A stretch of DNA of 64,000 bases from a candidate division WOR-3 bacterium (GTDB taxonomy: Bacteria; Hydrothermota; 32-111), in NCBI GenBank assembly GCA_037481815.1, contig JBBFKX010000003.1:96001-160000 (forward strand), read 5' to 3'. This document shows, piece after piece, positions 31,961-41,883 of the stretch. A program made the position numbers and the translations under genes. The notes beneath the pieces are model-generated. The model had not been told where the DNA came from, did not search any database, and saw only the letters and a list, made by a program, of their open reading frames with translations. The stretch's first letter is position 1; every line of letters starts with the position of its first letter.

Positions 31961-32238
31961 TTCTCCTCCTTTTTAGATTGATTTTTAACCTGAATGAACT
32001 GGTATTTCAGAATACCCAGAATTTCATCAAACACTTTTTTTTCTTCAACGGTGAGTCCACTTTCCATTTTTTTATAAATGAATTCAAGTATATCGATAGA
32101 GTGTGAGGCACTTTCAAGGTCGAGTTTTGTTTCAATCCCCGGGATCTCAATAAGTTTCATATTTGCAAGGGATTGAATATAGAACGGATTTATAACATCC
32201 ATTATCTCTATCTTTTTATCAGACAAGATTCCCTCCAT
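31957..32238 (-). CDS. DUF1844-like protein
   Basis: DLESASHSIDILEF...GLTVEE pattern. Confidence 0.65.
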   Translation of the reverse strand: MEGILSDKKIEIMDVINPFYIQSLANMKLIEIPGIETKLDLESASHSIDILEFIYKKMESGLTVEEKKVFDEILGILKYQFIQVKNQSKKEEK

Positions 32239-33376
32239 TTGTTGCTAGAATGTTTTTCTGATAGTATATGTTACCATTCTTAACAAATATTCTTGGAACT
32301 CTCGGCCCTATTCCCGTTAAAATTTCGTAGTTTAAAAGACCTGAGAGTTTAGCAAGTTCGTTTATAGAAATATTCTCTCCAAAAATCTCAACCTCATCAC
32401 CAACTTTTACATTTTCAACATCAGAAATATCGATCATCGTAAGATCCATACATACATTTCCAACAACCCTAACCCTTTTCCCTTTCAAAAACATATAAGA
32501 TTTATTTGAGAGCAATCTTGAATATCCATCTCCGTAACCTATCAGAACCGTTGCTATCTTCATGTTTTTTTCAGCAACAAAATTTCTACCATAAGAAACG
32601 GTGTCTCCCTTTTTTAAGTTTTTGATCTGACATATTCTTGATTTTAAAAACATAACCTGTTTGACCTTTATAAATTCTTTCAATCTCTCATCAGTATATT
32701 GTCCATAAAGCATTATTCCAGGTCTTACAAGATTGTACAAACTACCCTTGATGTTCACTATTCCCGATGAGTTCGCAAGATGTCTATATTTAAAATTTAT
32801 ACCCTTTTCTTTTAATTTATTTAAAATTATATCATATCTTCTCTTTTGTTCAATAGAAAAACCCTTATCCTCCTTTTCCGCTTCTGCAAAATGAGAAAAA
32901 ATTCCTGAAACATAAATATTCTTCAAATCCAGAATTTTAGGTATCTCTCTTTCAGCATCTCTATAGGAGATGCCTGTTCTATTCATCCCTGTATCGATCT
33001 CTATATGTGCTTCTGTGATCCTGTTTTTTCTTTTTGATTCTTTATCTATACTTTTTGCATAGGAGTATGATACAAGATTTGGCATTATATTGTAATCAAC
33101 AATTTTGGGAGCATCCTTTTCGAGTGTAGGACTTAAAATCAAAATTTGATTGGGAATCCTGTGTATTCTCAGTTCTATCGCTTCATCTATCGAAGCAACT
33201 CCAAAAATTTCAATGTATGGAGATAAAACTCTTGTTATCTCTATACTATCATGACCATAAGCGTTCGCTTTAACAGCAGCGAGTATCTTTACATCTTTTC
33301 CTATAACTTTTTTTATAGTTTTAACATTGTAAAGAAGATTATCTATGTTGATTTCAGCCCAGGTTCTATTTTTCAT
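32219..33376 (-). CDS. alr: Alanine racemase
   Basis: VKANAYGH, DTGMNR, SHF, RPGIMLYG, GYGDG, CMD. Confidence 0.96.
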   Translation of the reverse strand: MKNRTWAEINIDNLLYNVKTIKKVIGKDVKILAAVKANAYGHDSIEITRVLSPYIEIFGVASIDEAIELRIHRIPNQILILSPTLEKDAPKIVDYNIMPNLVSYSYAKSIDKESKRKNRITEAHIEIDTGMNRTGISYRDAEREIPKILDLKNIYVSGIFSHFAEAEKEDKGFSIEQKRRYDIILNKLKEKGINFKYRHLANSSGIVNIKGSLYNLVRPGIMLYGQYTDERLKEFIKVKQVMFLKSRICQIKNLKKGDTVSYGRNFVAEKNMKIATVLIGYGDGYSRLLSNKSYMFLKGKRVRVVGNVCMDLTMIDISDVENVKVGDEVEIFGENISINELAKLSGLLNYEILTGIGPRVPRIFVKNGNIYYQKNILATNGGNLV

Positions 33377-33722
33377 AAACCTCTTTGTATATTGAATCTT
33401 TTGTAAAAATTAAAAATGTATCCTTAAAAGAATATTTCAATTTCAGTTTGTAATCTTTAAAAGAACTCTCATATTCAAAAAAAGAATCAAGTGTAATATC
33501 AAAATATCTTTGAAAAACTTTTAATTCGTAAGGAAAATAATTTTCCTTTCTATAAAACCCATCGATACGATTTTTCAGAGATAAAGTTTTTAGAAGTATC
33601 TCCTCTTTCGTCATCACATTTTTATTTTTTAAATTGAAAACTGGAGGTTTTAAGAATAAACCAAGCAATATGGAAACGAAAATTAAAAGTGTTAAAAGTT
33701 TATAGAATCTGTTATTTTTCAT
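33366..33722 (-). CDS. Hypothetical protein with an N-terminal TM helix
   Basis: ORF overlapping both neighbours in the operon. Confidence 0.6.
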   Translation of the reverse strand: MKNNRFYKLLTLLIFVSILLGLFLKPPVFNLKNKNVMTKEEILLKTLSLKNRIDGFYRKENYFPYELKVFQRYFDITLDSFFEYESSFKDYKLKLKYSFKDTFLIFTKDSIYKEVYEK

Positions 33723-34014
33723 CCTCTATCAAACTCAAATGGTTTTCCTCGGAAATCATCGTCTGATTCCATTTAGGTTCAAACACAAGGTTTATGTTAA
33801 CATTTCCTTCTCCTGCAACTTCTTCTATCTTTTGTTTTAACTCATTTATCATCACCGAAGCAAGTGGACATCCAGGAAAAGTAAGCGTCATATCTATAAA
33901 AACTTTGTTGTTTTCGATTTTGAAACCATATATCAATCCAAGTGTCACGATATCCATACCGATTTCTGGATCTATAACCTCACGCATCTTTTCAACGATC
34001 AACTTTCTATCCAT
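33712..34014 (-). CDS. DUF59/SufT metal-sulfur cluster assembly factor
   Basis: VIDPEIGMDIVTLGLIY, MTLTFPGCP, EPKW. Confidence 0.92.
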   Translation of the reverse strand: MDRKLIVEKMREVIDPEIGMDIVTLGLIYGFKIENNKVFIDMTLTFPGCPLASVMINELKQKIEEVAGEGNVNINLVFEPKWNQTMISEENHLSLIEDEK

Positions 34015-34065
34015 AATGCCTCCATAAAGTTTAAATTTATCATATAGTTAAAATAAATCAATAGT

Positions 34066-35034
34066 TTAATTCAAAATGTTTCTGTATCGCAAAAAGAACT
34101 TTTCATCTTTTCCATAAAAACTGTCGTATCTGCTTACAAGATCGTTGTAAACCTTTTCATCAAGAACAACTTTCCCTATATAAAAAGGTTTACTTTTTGT
34201 CGTGAACGACCTTTTAAATTCACTCAGACCATCTTTTCCATCCTTGGTTCCGCCACCAAGAATCATGACTTTGCTCCCACGATTCTTTGCCAATTCACAT
34301 CCTTTATACAATAAAAGGTTTGAAAGACCTTTTGTGATCTCATCTTTTAATATTGTTGAAAGATGATAATAAGAGTTGAATTCATTTTCTATCAAAAACA
34401 ATGATCCGCCAAAATATTTTTCATCTTTGTATGAGTTAAAAAGATATGAAAATTTTAAATTTTTTAAATTCAAAAAATATTTTTCGTTGAATTTTAAGAA
34501 CTCTCTACCTTTCTTTTCTTCTATCATGTTTCTATAGAGTTCATAAAATTTTAAAAACTCTTCTTCCTTCTTTTCTTCTGAAATGTAAAAATTTTTTCTT
34601 TCAGCCAACCTTATTTTATTCCTGACGGAACTTTTAAACTCTTTTGTGTACCCATCAACAAGATCAATATAGAAAACCTCTCTTATATACTCTATCCTGA
34701 AAAGATTGGACTCTGGAAGAGGGAAAAAAGGGTTAAATCTTATGAATCCAGCTATAAGATTTTCCTTTTTTAAAAGGTTAAAAAGTTCTTCAAAAAAAGG
34801 TTCAGTAAAATCTTTTTCTTTGTTCGTTGTATAAAAAGAAGAATATCCATAAGGTGTCTCAAAATCTCTATATTTTTTGTTAACAAGAAGGATCAAAAAG
34901 ATCAAATCACCATTTTTTTCTTTAAAATATAATTTTGCATCACCATAAAGTTTTGCATACTCTTCTAAAAACTGTAAATCTTTTATATTGTAATCTTTAA
35001 GAAGATTGTTCCAGTTATCACTTATTCTAATCAA
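34066..35034 (-). CDS. GNAT/FemAB-like protein
   Basis: TPYGY, IRFNP, YYHLS, LGGG...GLSEFK. Confidence 0.8.
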   Translation of the reverse strand: MIRISDNWNNLLKDYNIKDLQFLEEYAKLYGDAKLYFKEKNGDLIFLILLVNKKYRDFETPYGYSSFYTTNKEKDFTEPFFEELFNLLKKENLIAGFIRFNPFFPLPESNLFRIEYIREVFYIDLVDGYTKEFKSSVRNKIRLAERKNFYISEEKKEEEFLKFYELYRNMIEEKKGREFLKFNEKYFLNLKNLKFSYLFNSYKDEKYFGGSLFLIENEFNSYYHLSTILKDEITKGLSNLLLYKGCELAKNRGSKVMILGGGTKDGKDGLSEFKRSFTTKSKPFYIGKVVLDEKVYNDLVSRYDSFYGKDEKFFLRYRNILN

Positions 35035-35040
35035 AATCTC

Positions 35041-36573
35041 TCACAGGTTATAAAAATATTTGTTATCGAGAATCCTGTACTGGATCGCTTCAGATATATG
35101 TTCATCCTTTATATTCTCGTCTCCTGCAAGATCCGCTATAGTTCTTGCAACTTTGATTATTTTTGTTATCGATCTTGGGGAGAACGAATAATGCTTCATC
35201 GCAGTTTCAAGTAAAAGTTTAGAATCAGAATCGAGTTTACAAAAAATTTTTAAATATTTCGAAGTCAAATGTCCATTTCTTCTGATGTTTTTCAGACCCT
35301 TATATCTTTCTTCCTGTTTGTTGACAACATTTTGAACTCTCTTTCTTATATCTTTTGATCTCTCAACTTTTTCTTCATCAGATTCGTTCAAAAAGTCAAT
35401 TCTTGGGACTTCAATATGAATATCGATTCTATCTAGTATCGGGCCTGAAATTTTTGAAAGGTATTTTTGAATATCAAAGGGTGTACATTTACATATATGG
35501 TTAGGATCTGAATAGTATCCACATCTACACGGATTCATCGCTGCGATCAAGGTAAACCTTGAAGGATAAACGAATGTATTCTGTGCTCTTGATACTGTTA
35601 CATATCCATCTTCAAGTGGCTGTCTTAACGATTCGATTATATTTTTAGAGAACTCAGGGAATTCATCAAGGAATAAAACACCGTTATGTGCAAGTGAGAC
35701 CTCTCCTGGATGTGAGTCCTGTCCTCCACCGATCAGAGCGACATCCGAGATAGTATGGTGTGGACTTCTGAACGGTCTTTCTTTTATTATTCCCTCATTG
35801 TCTTTCAAAAGTCCCCTTATCGAATATATTTTCGTCGTTTCGAGTGACTCCTCATCCGTCATCTCAGGTAAAATCGTTACAAACCTTTTTGCGAGCATAG
35901 TTTTTCCCGTTCCAGGAGGTCCAATCATCAAAACATTGTGTCCCCCGGAGGCTGCTATCTCAAGTGCTCGTTTCTGTAACAACAAACCTTTAACATCCTC
36001 AAAACCAAAATCGTATTCGAAAGATTCTTCTATCTGGTCTTTGTTCTCATAAGGTTTTATCTCTTTTGAACCAGACAGGAATTCAATGACCTCTCTGAGA
36101 TCTTTTACAGGATATACCTTCATACCTTTTACTACAGATGCCTCTTTTCTATTTGAATATGGCAAAATGATTTTTCTTTCACCCTTCTCATAGATGGATG
36201 AAACTATTGCGAGGATCCCGTTAACACCTCTCACTTTTCCATCGAGTGCAAGTTCCCCAACAAAAATATAATCTTCAGAAAAATTTTTCACTATACCCAA
36301 AGATTTCAAAAGGGAAACAGCAATCGGAAGATCAAAATATGAGCCCTCTTTTTTTATATCCGCTGGAGCAAGGTTTACCGTTATTCTTCTATCAGGAAAT
36401 GGAAAGTTTGAATTTTTAATTGCACTTCTTATCCTTTCTTTTGATTCCTTCACAGTTCTTTCAGCAAGTCCAACTATGTTGAAAGCGGGTAGTCCGTTTT
36501 GAACATCAGTTTCAACTTCAACAACATAACCTTCAATACCCCTGATCCCTGCTGATTTTAGTGTTGAGATCAT
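35041..36573 (-). CDS. comM: YifB/ComM Mg-chelatase-like AAA+ ATPase
   Basis: VNLAPA, GPPGTGKT, PFRSPHH, PGEVSLAHNGVLFLDE, AAMNPCRCG, SGPILDRID. Confidence 0.95.
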   Translation of the reverse strand: MISTLKSAGIRGIEGYVVEVETDVQNGLPAFNIVGLAERTVKESKERIRSAIKNSNFPFPDRRITVNLAPADIKKEGSYFDLPIAVSLLKSLGIVKNFSEDYIFVGELALDGKVRGVNGILAIVSSIYEKGERKIILPYSNRKEASVVKGMKVYPVKDLREVIEFLSGSKEIKPYENKDQIEESFEYDFGFEDVKGLLLQKRALEIAASGGHNVLMIGPPGTGKTMLAKRFVTILPEMTDEESLETTKIYSIRGLLKDNEGIIKERPFRSPHHTISDVALIGGGQDSHPGEVSLAHNGVLFLDEFPEFSKNIIESLRQPLEDGYVTVSRAQNTFVYPSRFTLIAAMNPCRCGYYSDPNHICKCTPFDIQKYLSKISGPILDRIDIHIEVPRIDFLNESDEEKVERSKDIRKRVQNVVNKQEERYKGLKNIRRNGHLTSKYLKIFCKLDSDSKLLLETAMKHYSFSPRSITKIIKVARTIADLAGDENIKDEHISEAIQYRILDNKYFYNL

Positions 36574-38446
36574 AAATTTTTTCCAACCTCCTCCTTACAA
36601 CTCCATCTGAAATAGATCTTATAACTTTTGGAATCTCCTGAACTTTTTCATAATATTTTTCTTTATCATTTTTTTTCAAAAATTTTAAATAGTTATAAAA
36701 AAGTTTTGCGTGTTCCAACAACCTGTAGGATGTTTTTAACTTTTCACAACTTCTTTCAAAAATCTTTTCTCTCTCTTTAACATCAACATTTTTCTCACCC
36801 TTTATATAATGGAACATTATTCCATTGGCACGGTCTTTTTTTATCATACTTTCATATTTTCTAACGATCTCCTTTTTCTTTTTTTTACTTTTCAAAAATC
36901 TTGTTAAAAAGAAAACAGATTCTGTTAACAGATAACCGTTTCCTATCTGGACTCCAATATTGTAAGTTTTAAGGTAATAATCTTTTGATTGTTTATAATT
37001 TTTCTTCATCAGATACAATCTTCCAAGATTGTTATAAACCATCCATAGACCTAGTTTATTGTTCAATTTTAAAGCGTTATCGAGTGATTCGAGAAGGTTA
37101 TACTCAGCATCAAGAAATTTCCCCTGCTCCATATACACAAGGGCTATTCCACTCTGACTTCTTACAGAACCGTAAAGATCGTTATAAAAGTGTTTTATGT
37201 CAATAGAATTGAGATAACATTCAGAAGACCTTTCAAAATTCCCCATATTCAGATAAACGAATCCTTTTGCATCATAATATTTTGCAAGATCAAGAGTCAT
37301 CTCTTTTTTGAAATTTATCAACTGGTTGTATTTAACAATTGAAAAATGTTTCTCTGCAAGGGTCTCCTTTTCTTTTTCAAAACTCTCCTCCATTTTATCG
37401 TAAAACTCTTTTGACATATCAAGGTATTTAAACACCTCATCTATATTTTTTCCCATCTTAAAAAACACCATTCCTATATGTCTTGACGCTCTCGATTTTT
37501 CAAGAAGGTTAGCACTTTTACTTTTTAAAACCTTAAAAGAATAATTCAAGGAATTTTCATATTCGTTCAAATAATAGTAACCAGAAGAAAGTTCGTTGTA
37601 AAGTTCATATCTTGAAAATTTTTTATTGTTACCTTTTAAATTTTTTTCAACCTGCTTTAAAATTTTGATCCCATCCTTATTTTTTCCACCCTGAACAAAT
37701 ATTTTCCCAATATTCAAATCTATTAAAAGTTTATCATCTCTATTCTTCATCCTTTTTCTTGCATCCTTCAAAAACAGATAAGATTTTTCTAACGAGTTTA
37801 TACTCTGGATCTTCAATAGATGTAAACCTTTTTCGAGATGAATATAACCCTCATTATAAAGTTGTATAAAAATGTCAACTATTTCGGGATCAAATTGGGT
37901 TTTTGAATTCTTTTTAATTTCTTTTATTGCATTCTCTTCACTTTTTATCTCTTTTTTATAACTTCTTCCTGAAGTCATAGCATCAAACGAATCAGCAACT
38001 GCAATTATGCGTGAAAATAGCGGAATATTTTTTCCCTTCAATCCATCAGGATAACCTTTACCGTCAAACCTTTCATGATGATGTTTGATAGCTTCCTGCA
38101 ATCCATTAACATATTTGAAAGAACCGAGAAGATAAGCACCATAGATCGAATGTCTTTTGATTTCCGAGAACTGGAATCTGTTCAATTTTCTTTTACTGTT
38201 CAAAATTGAAATCGGAACCTTCACTTTTCCTATATCATGTAAAATCGATGCAAGATATAACACATCAAGATCTTTTTTGGAAAGTCCCAATCTTTTTCCT
38301 ATTAGAATAGAATATCTCTGAACTCTCTCGGAATGACCTATTGTGTATTCATCTTTGGCATCTATAACATCTGATAAATATTTTATCGTATTTAAAAAGA
38401 GTTCTTCGTTTTCAAGCGAATTTGATAACTTCTTAAAATCTCTCAT
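36533..38446 (-). CDS. HD-GYP phosphodiesterase domain fused to TPR repeats
   Basis: GHSERV, LHDIGK, HHERFDGKGYP, ADSFDAMTSGRSY, then TPR-like repeats. The start is moved to 38446 because 38485 lies inside the tmRNA. Confidence 0.88.
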   Translation of the reverse strand: MRDFKKLSNSLENEELFLNTIKYLSDVIDAKDEYTIGHSERVQRYSILIGKRLGLSKKDLDVLYLASILHDIGKVKVPISILNSKRKLNRFQFSEIKRHSIYGAYLLGSFKYVNGLQEAIKHHHERFDGKGYPDGLKGKNIPLFSRIIAVADSFDAMTSGRSYKKEIKSEENAIKEIKKNSKTQFDPEIVDIFIQLYNEGYIHLEKGLHLLKIQSINSLEKSYLFLKDARKRMKNRDDKLLIDLNIGKIFVQGGKNKDGIKILKQVEKNLKGNNKKFSRYELYNELSSGYYYLNEYENSLNYSFKVLKSKSANLLEKSRASRHIGMVFFKMGKNIDEVFKYLDMSKEFYDKMEESFEKEKETLAEKHFSIVKYNQLINFKKEMTLDLAKYYDAKGFVYLNMGNFERSSECYLNSIDIKHFYNDLYGSVRSQSGIALVYMEQGKFLDAEYNLLESLDNALKLNNKLGLWMVYNNLGRLYLMKKNYKQSKDYYLKTYNIGVQIGNGYLLTESVFFLTRFLKSKKKKKEIVRKYESMIKKDRANGIMFHYIKGEKNVDVKEREKIFERSCEKLKTSYRLLEHAKLFYNYLKFLKKNDKEKYYEKVQEIPKVIRSISDGVVRRRLEKIYDLNTKISRDQGY

Positions 38447-38454
38447 ATTAAAAA

Positions 38455-38787
38455 TGGAGGCGGCGGGAATCGAACCCGCGTCCAAAGATAGATGTTCAGT
38501 TCTTCTACATGCTTAGCATCCATGAATTTATCCTGATTGGCTGGATGCGACCTTTCAGGATTTTTGCCCTTCTCTTTTGGTATGATTTGGGCAGATCATA
38601 CCAGCAGTCAGGATAGATGAAGGTCATTTCAAAACCCCTGACCGGTCTTGAAAGCCCTGCCGCTAAATTATGCGGCTAAAGCGAAATTGTTGTCTTTTCT
38701 TTTTCGCCGGTTTTTTTACGAGACACCAGCAATCTCGGCATGCTTCCCCTGAACAAGATTATCCCTGTCGAGACCAATTTCGCCCCC
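38455..38787 (-). ncRNA. ssrA: tmRNA; predicted tag (A)DNNFALAA at 38694-38668
   Basis: 5' GGGGGCG pairs with 3' CGCCTCC-A, including G3.U70. GGTTCGATTCC T-arm, pseudoknot 1, and a tag ending ALAA-stop. Confidence 0.95.
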
Positions 38788-38877
38788 CAACATTATAATA
38801 ACTCAAATTTTATTTTTTTCAACATATAAATTTTTTATTGAAATATTTTTTTTTAATCATATAATATGATAAGGGAA

Positions 38878-41800
38878 ATGAAAAATATCTTTTTGAACAG
38901 ATCAAACCTTTTAAAATTTATTATACTTATAAATACCTTAATATTCCTCATATTCGTTTTGATATTTTTAAAACAGATAAATTTTGTCAAACAGGAAGAA
39001 AATAAAAAGATATTCAACTCTCTTGAGCATAATCATGAATTTTTCATAATCAAAAAACAAAATCTTTATGAGGACTTAAAATTTATTAGTTATCTTTACA
39101 CAATTAACGACTTTTTGAAAAACAGTTCTGATCCTCTTGTGAGGGAAAGATTTTTAAATAAGGTAAAAGAGATACACAACGCCTACAACGAGATCGTTTC
39201 AATAACTCTATTCGATCGAGACAACAAAATCATATTTTCTGAAAACAACGAAAATTATTCGGACACAACACTTCTTGTAGGTTCAATTATAGAAAAGACA
39301 ATAAAACTTTCAAAAATAAAAAATTCAGGTGAACAGGTCATTTTTGATGCGTATGTGCCGGTTTTTGATAAGAGAACTCAAAAATTTATCGGAACTATAG
39401 AACTTGATATTGATTTTTACAAATTCTATTCTTTCGAAAAAGGACACTTTTTTCCTTTCAAAGATTTAAACACATATTTTGTTCAACTCGATAAAGAATC
39501 ACTCTACTTTTTTCAGATAACAGATTATAAACCTGAAATAAATTCTTTTGAAATTTACGATTTTTCAAATCTTTTTGAAAATCTTGAATCAAAAAACACT
39601 TTCATTCTGTACTCACAAAAGGAAAAGAAAAAATTTTTCTCTTCAGTACAAAAAATCGATGAAAATGAATATCTGATCGCATATATCGATTATAAAAAGT
39701 ATATATCAAACATATTAAGGGTTTTATCATATACTCTCTTATTCTTCATTTTTGTAACAACCTTTTTCGATCTCATTTTAATTTTTATATACCTTTTGAT
39801 AAACAATTTTCTTTACAGAAAGGAAATAGAAAACAAAAAAGAGATCGAGAAAACGAAAAAGTATCTTGAAACACTTTTGAATTCATCTCCTCTTTATATT
39901 CTTGATATTACAAAAGATCTAAAGATCAACTTTTTTATAAACGAATCAGCAAAAATTTTCTTCAATTCCGATAAAAATAGTTTCGATTTCAAAAATGTTT
40001 TGTTAAGAGACGACTATGCAAAGTTAAGAAGTTGTGTCGATAAATTTTATGAAGACAAAGATAAAAATTTTGATTCCTTTGAAACAAAAATAAAAATTGA
40101 TCTTGATGAAAGATATTTAACATTTCTCCTTTCTCCCATAAAGGATCAGGATGGTGAGATTTTATCAATCCTTGTAATAATTTCTGATATCACAGATTTA
40201 AAAAATTATGAACTTGATCTTGAAGATAAAAACAAAAAACTTCTATTCACTTTACAGCAACTCGAATCAACAAACGAGGAGTTACAGACATCTGAAGAAG
40301 AACTCCTCGCAACAGAAGAAGAGTTAAAATACCAGATCGAGGAACTTGAAAAGAAAAGTAAAATTCTCCATGAAACAGAAGAGAAATTTAAAATCGCTTT
40401 AAAAAACTCAAACATTTCAGTGTTCGTTCAGGATAGAGATTTGAAATACAACTATGGTTTCAATATTCCAGACAATATTCCGTTTGAAATGCTTTTTGAA
40501 AAAGTTGATGAGGATATTTTTAAAGGAAAAAATGTTGAAAAGTTCGTACGTATGAAACATCTTGCGATCACAAACGGAGAAAAATTTTCAGGTGAGATAG
40601 AACTGATATTTTTTAAAACAAAACATTACTTTTTCTATACTATAGAACCATTCTATTCAAAGGATGAAAAAATTTCTGGTGTTTTAACTGCACTCCAGGA
40701 TATAAGTGAAAAAGTTGAGATGCAAAAGGAGTTGATGCAGGTTTTTAAACTTGAAGCACTCGGGAACCTTGCAGGTGGTATTGCACATGATTTTAACAAC
40801 ATTCTTGCTGGAATAATCGGTAACGCAGAGATACTTGATATGAGGATCGGGGAGGATCAGGAACTCTCAAAGTATATCAAAAGTATAATCAAAATCTCTG
40901 AAAGTGCTTCAAAACTCACAAAACAACTTTTATCTTTTGCAAGAAAAGGGAAATATCAGAACATTGATTTTTCGGTTCACAAAATTATAAATGAAGTTTG
41001 CGATATACTTGAAAGAACGATTGACAGAAGAATAAGAATTGAACAACACCTTAAGGCAAAACCATCTTCAATAAAAGGCGATCCAGCACAGATAGAAACA
41101 GCGTTGATGAACCTCATTATAAACTCAAAGGATGCAATTTTGGAAAAAGGCGGTGACGGAAAAATAGAAGTTAGAACCGAAACCATAATCGTTGATGAAA
41201 ATTTCAACAGGTTTTTGAACACAAAACTTGAAAACGGAACATATATTCACATATCCGTATCGGATGATGGAATCGGGATGGATGATGAGATAAAAAAACA
41301 TATATTTGAACCATTCTTTACAACAAAAGATGTTGGAAAAGGAACAGGGCTTGGGCTTGCAAGTGTTTACGGAACGATAAAAAATCATAAAGGATATATA
41401 GATTTTTACTCTGAGAGATTCAAAGGAACAACATTTAATATTTATCTACCTCTATCAAACACTGATCTGGAAGAGGAAGTGGAACAGGAAAGCGAAAAAA
41501 TAATTAATCTGAACATGAAAAAATCTATATTGATAATAGACGATGAAGAATCTATAAGAAACAGTTGTAAAGAGATGCTTGAAAAAGAGGGTGTTAAAGT
41601 GTTGACAGCAAAGGATGGAATTGAAGGTGTTGAGATTTTTGAACAAAATAAAGATGAAATTTGTCTGATAATTCTTGATATGATAATGCCCAAGATGTCC
41701 GGGAAAGATACTTTTATAGGAATAAAAAAATTGGATAGGGATATACCGGTTATACTCTGTTCTGGCTACTCTGAGGAGGGGGAAGCTGAAGAGATTATAA

Positions 41801-41880
41801 GCATGGGAGTTGAAGCATTTTTACAAAAACCTTACAGGATGAAAACTTTAATAGAAACAATAAAAAAAATATTAAGGTGA
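38878..41880 (+). CDS. Membrane hybrid histidine kinase (periplasmic sensor, PAS x2, HisKA, HATPase, receiver)
   Basis: AGGIAHDFNNIL, FEPFFTTK, GTGLGL and a C-terminal receiver. ATG 38866 abuts a TATAAT box, so ATG 38878 (AAGGGA SD) is more likely. Confidence 0.92.
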   Translation: MKNIFLNRSNLLKFIILINTLIFLIFVLIFLKQINFVKQEENKKIFNSLEHNHEFFIIKKQNLYEDLKFISYLYTINDFLKNSSDPLVRERFLNKVKEIHNAYNEIVSITLFDRDNKIIFSENNENYSDTTLLVGSIIEKTIKLSKIKNSGEQVIFDAYVPVFDKRTQKFIGTIELDIDFYKFYSFEKGHFFPFKDLNTYFVQLDKESLYFFQITDYKPEINSFEIYDFSNLFENLESKNTFILYSQKEKKKFFSSVQKIDENEYLIAYIDYKKYISNILRVLSYTLLFFIFVTTFFDLILIFIYLLINNFLYRKEIENKKEIEKTKKYLETLLNSSPLYILDITKDLKINFFINESAKIFFNSDKNSFDFKNVLLRDDYAKLRSCVDKFYEDKDKNFDSFETKIKIDLDERYLTFLLSPIKDQDGEILSILVIISDITDLKNYELDLEDKNKKLLFTLQQLESTNEELQTSEEELLATEEELKYQIEELEKKSKILHETEEKFKIALKNSNISVFVQDRDLKYNYGFNIPDNIPFEMLFEKVDEDIFKGKNVEKFVRMKHLAITNGEKFSGEIELIFFKTKHYFFYTIEPFYSKDEKISGVLTALQDISEKVEMQKELMQVFKLEALGNLAGGIAHDFNNILAGIIGNAEILDMRIGEDQELSKYIKSIIKISESASKLTKQLLSFARKGKYQNIDFSVHKIINEVCDILERTIDRRIRIEQHLKAKPSSIKGDPAQIETALMNLIINSKDAILEKGGDGKIEVRTETIIVDENFNRFLNTKLENGTYIHISVSDDGIGMDDEIKKHIFEPFFTTKDVGKGTGLGLASVYGTIKNHKGYIDFYSERFKGTTFNIYLPLSNTDLEEEVEQESEKIINLNMKKSILIIDDEESIRNSCKEMLEKEGVKVLTAKDGIEGVEIFEQNKDEICLIILDMIMPKMSGKDTFIGIKKLDRDIPVILCSGYSEEGEAEEIISMGVEAFLQKPYRMKTLIETIKKILR

Positions 41881-41883
41881 TCA

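Noticed and set aside
35041..36573. comM as an integration hotspot
   Set aside because: The gene is intact and full length, with no inserted element.
38446..38485. N-terminal extension MDAGSIPAASIFN of the HD-GYP ORF
   Set aside because: It is the tmRNA T-arm and acceptor stem read as codons.
38455..38787. tmRNA 3' end as an island integration site
   Set aside because: No integrase, no duplicated 3' end and no obvious compositional shift nearby.
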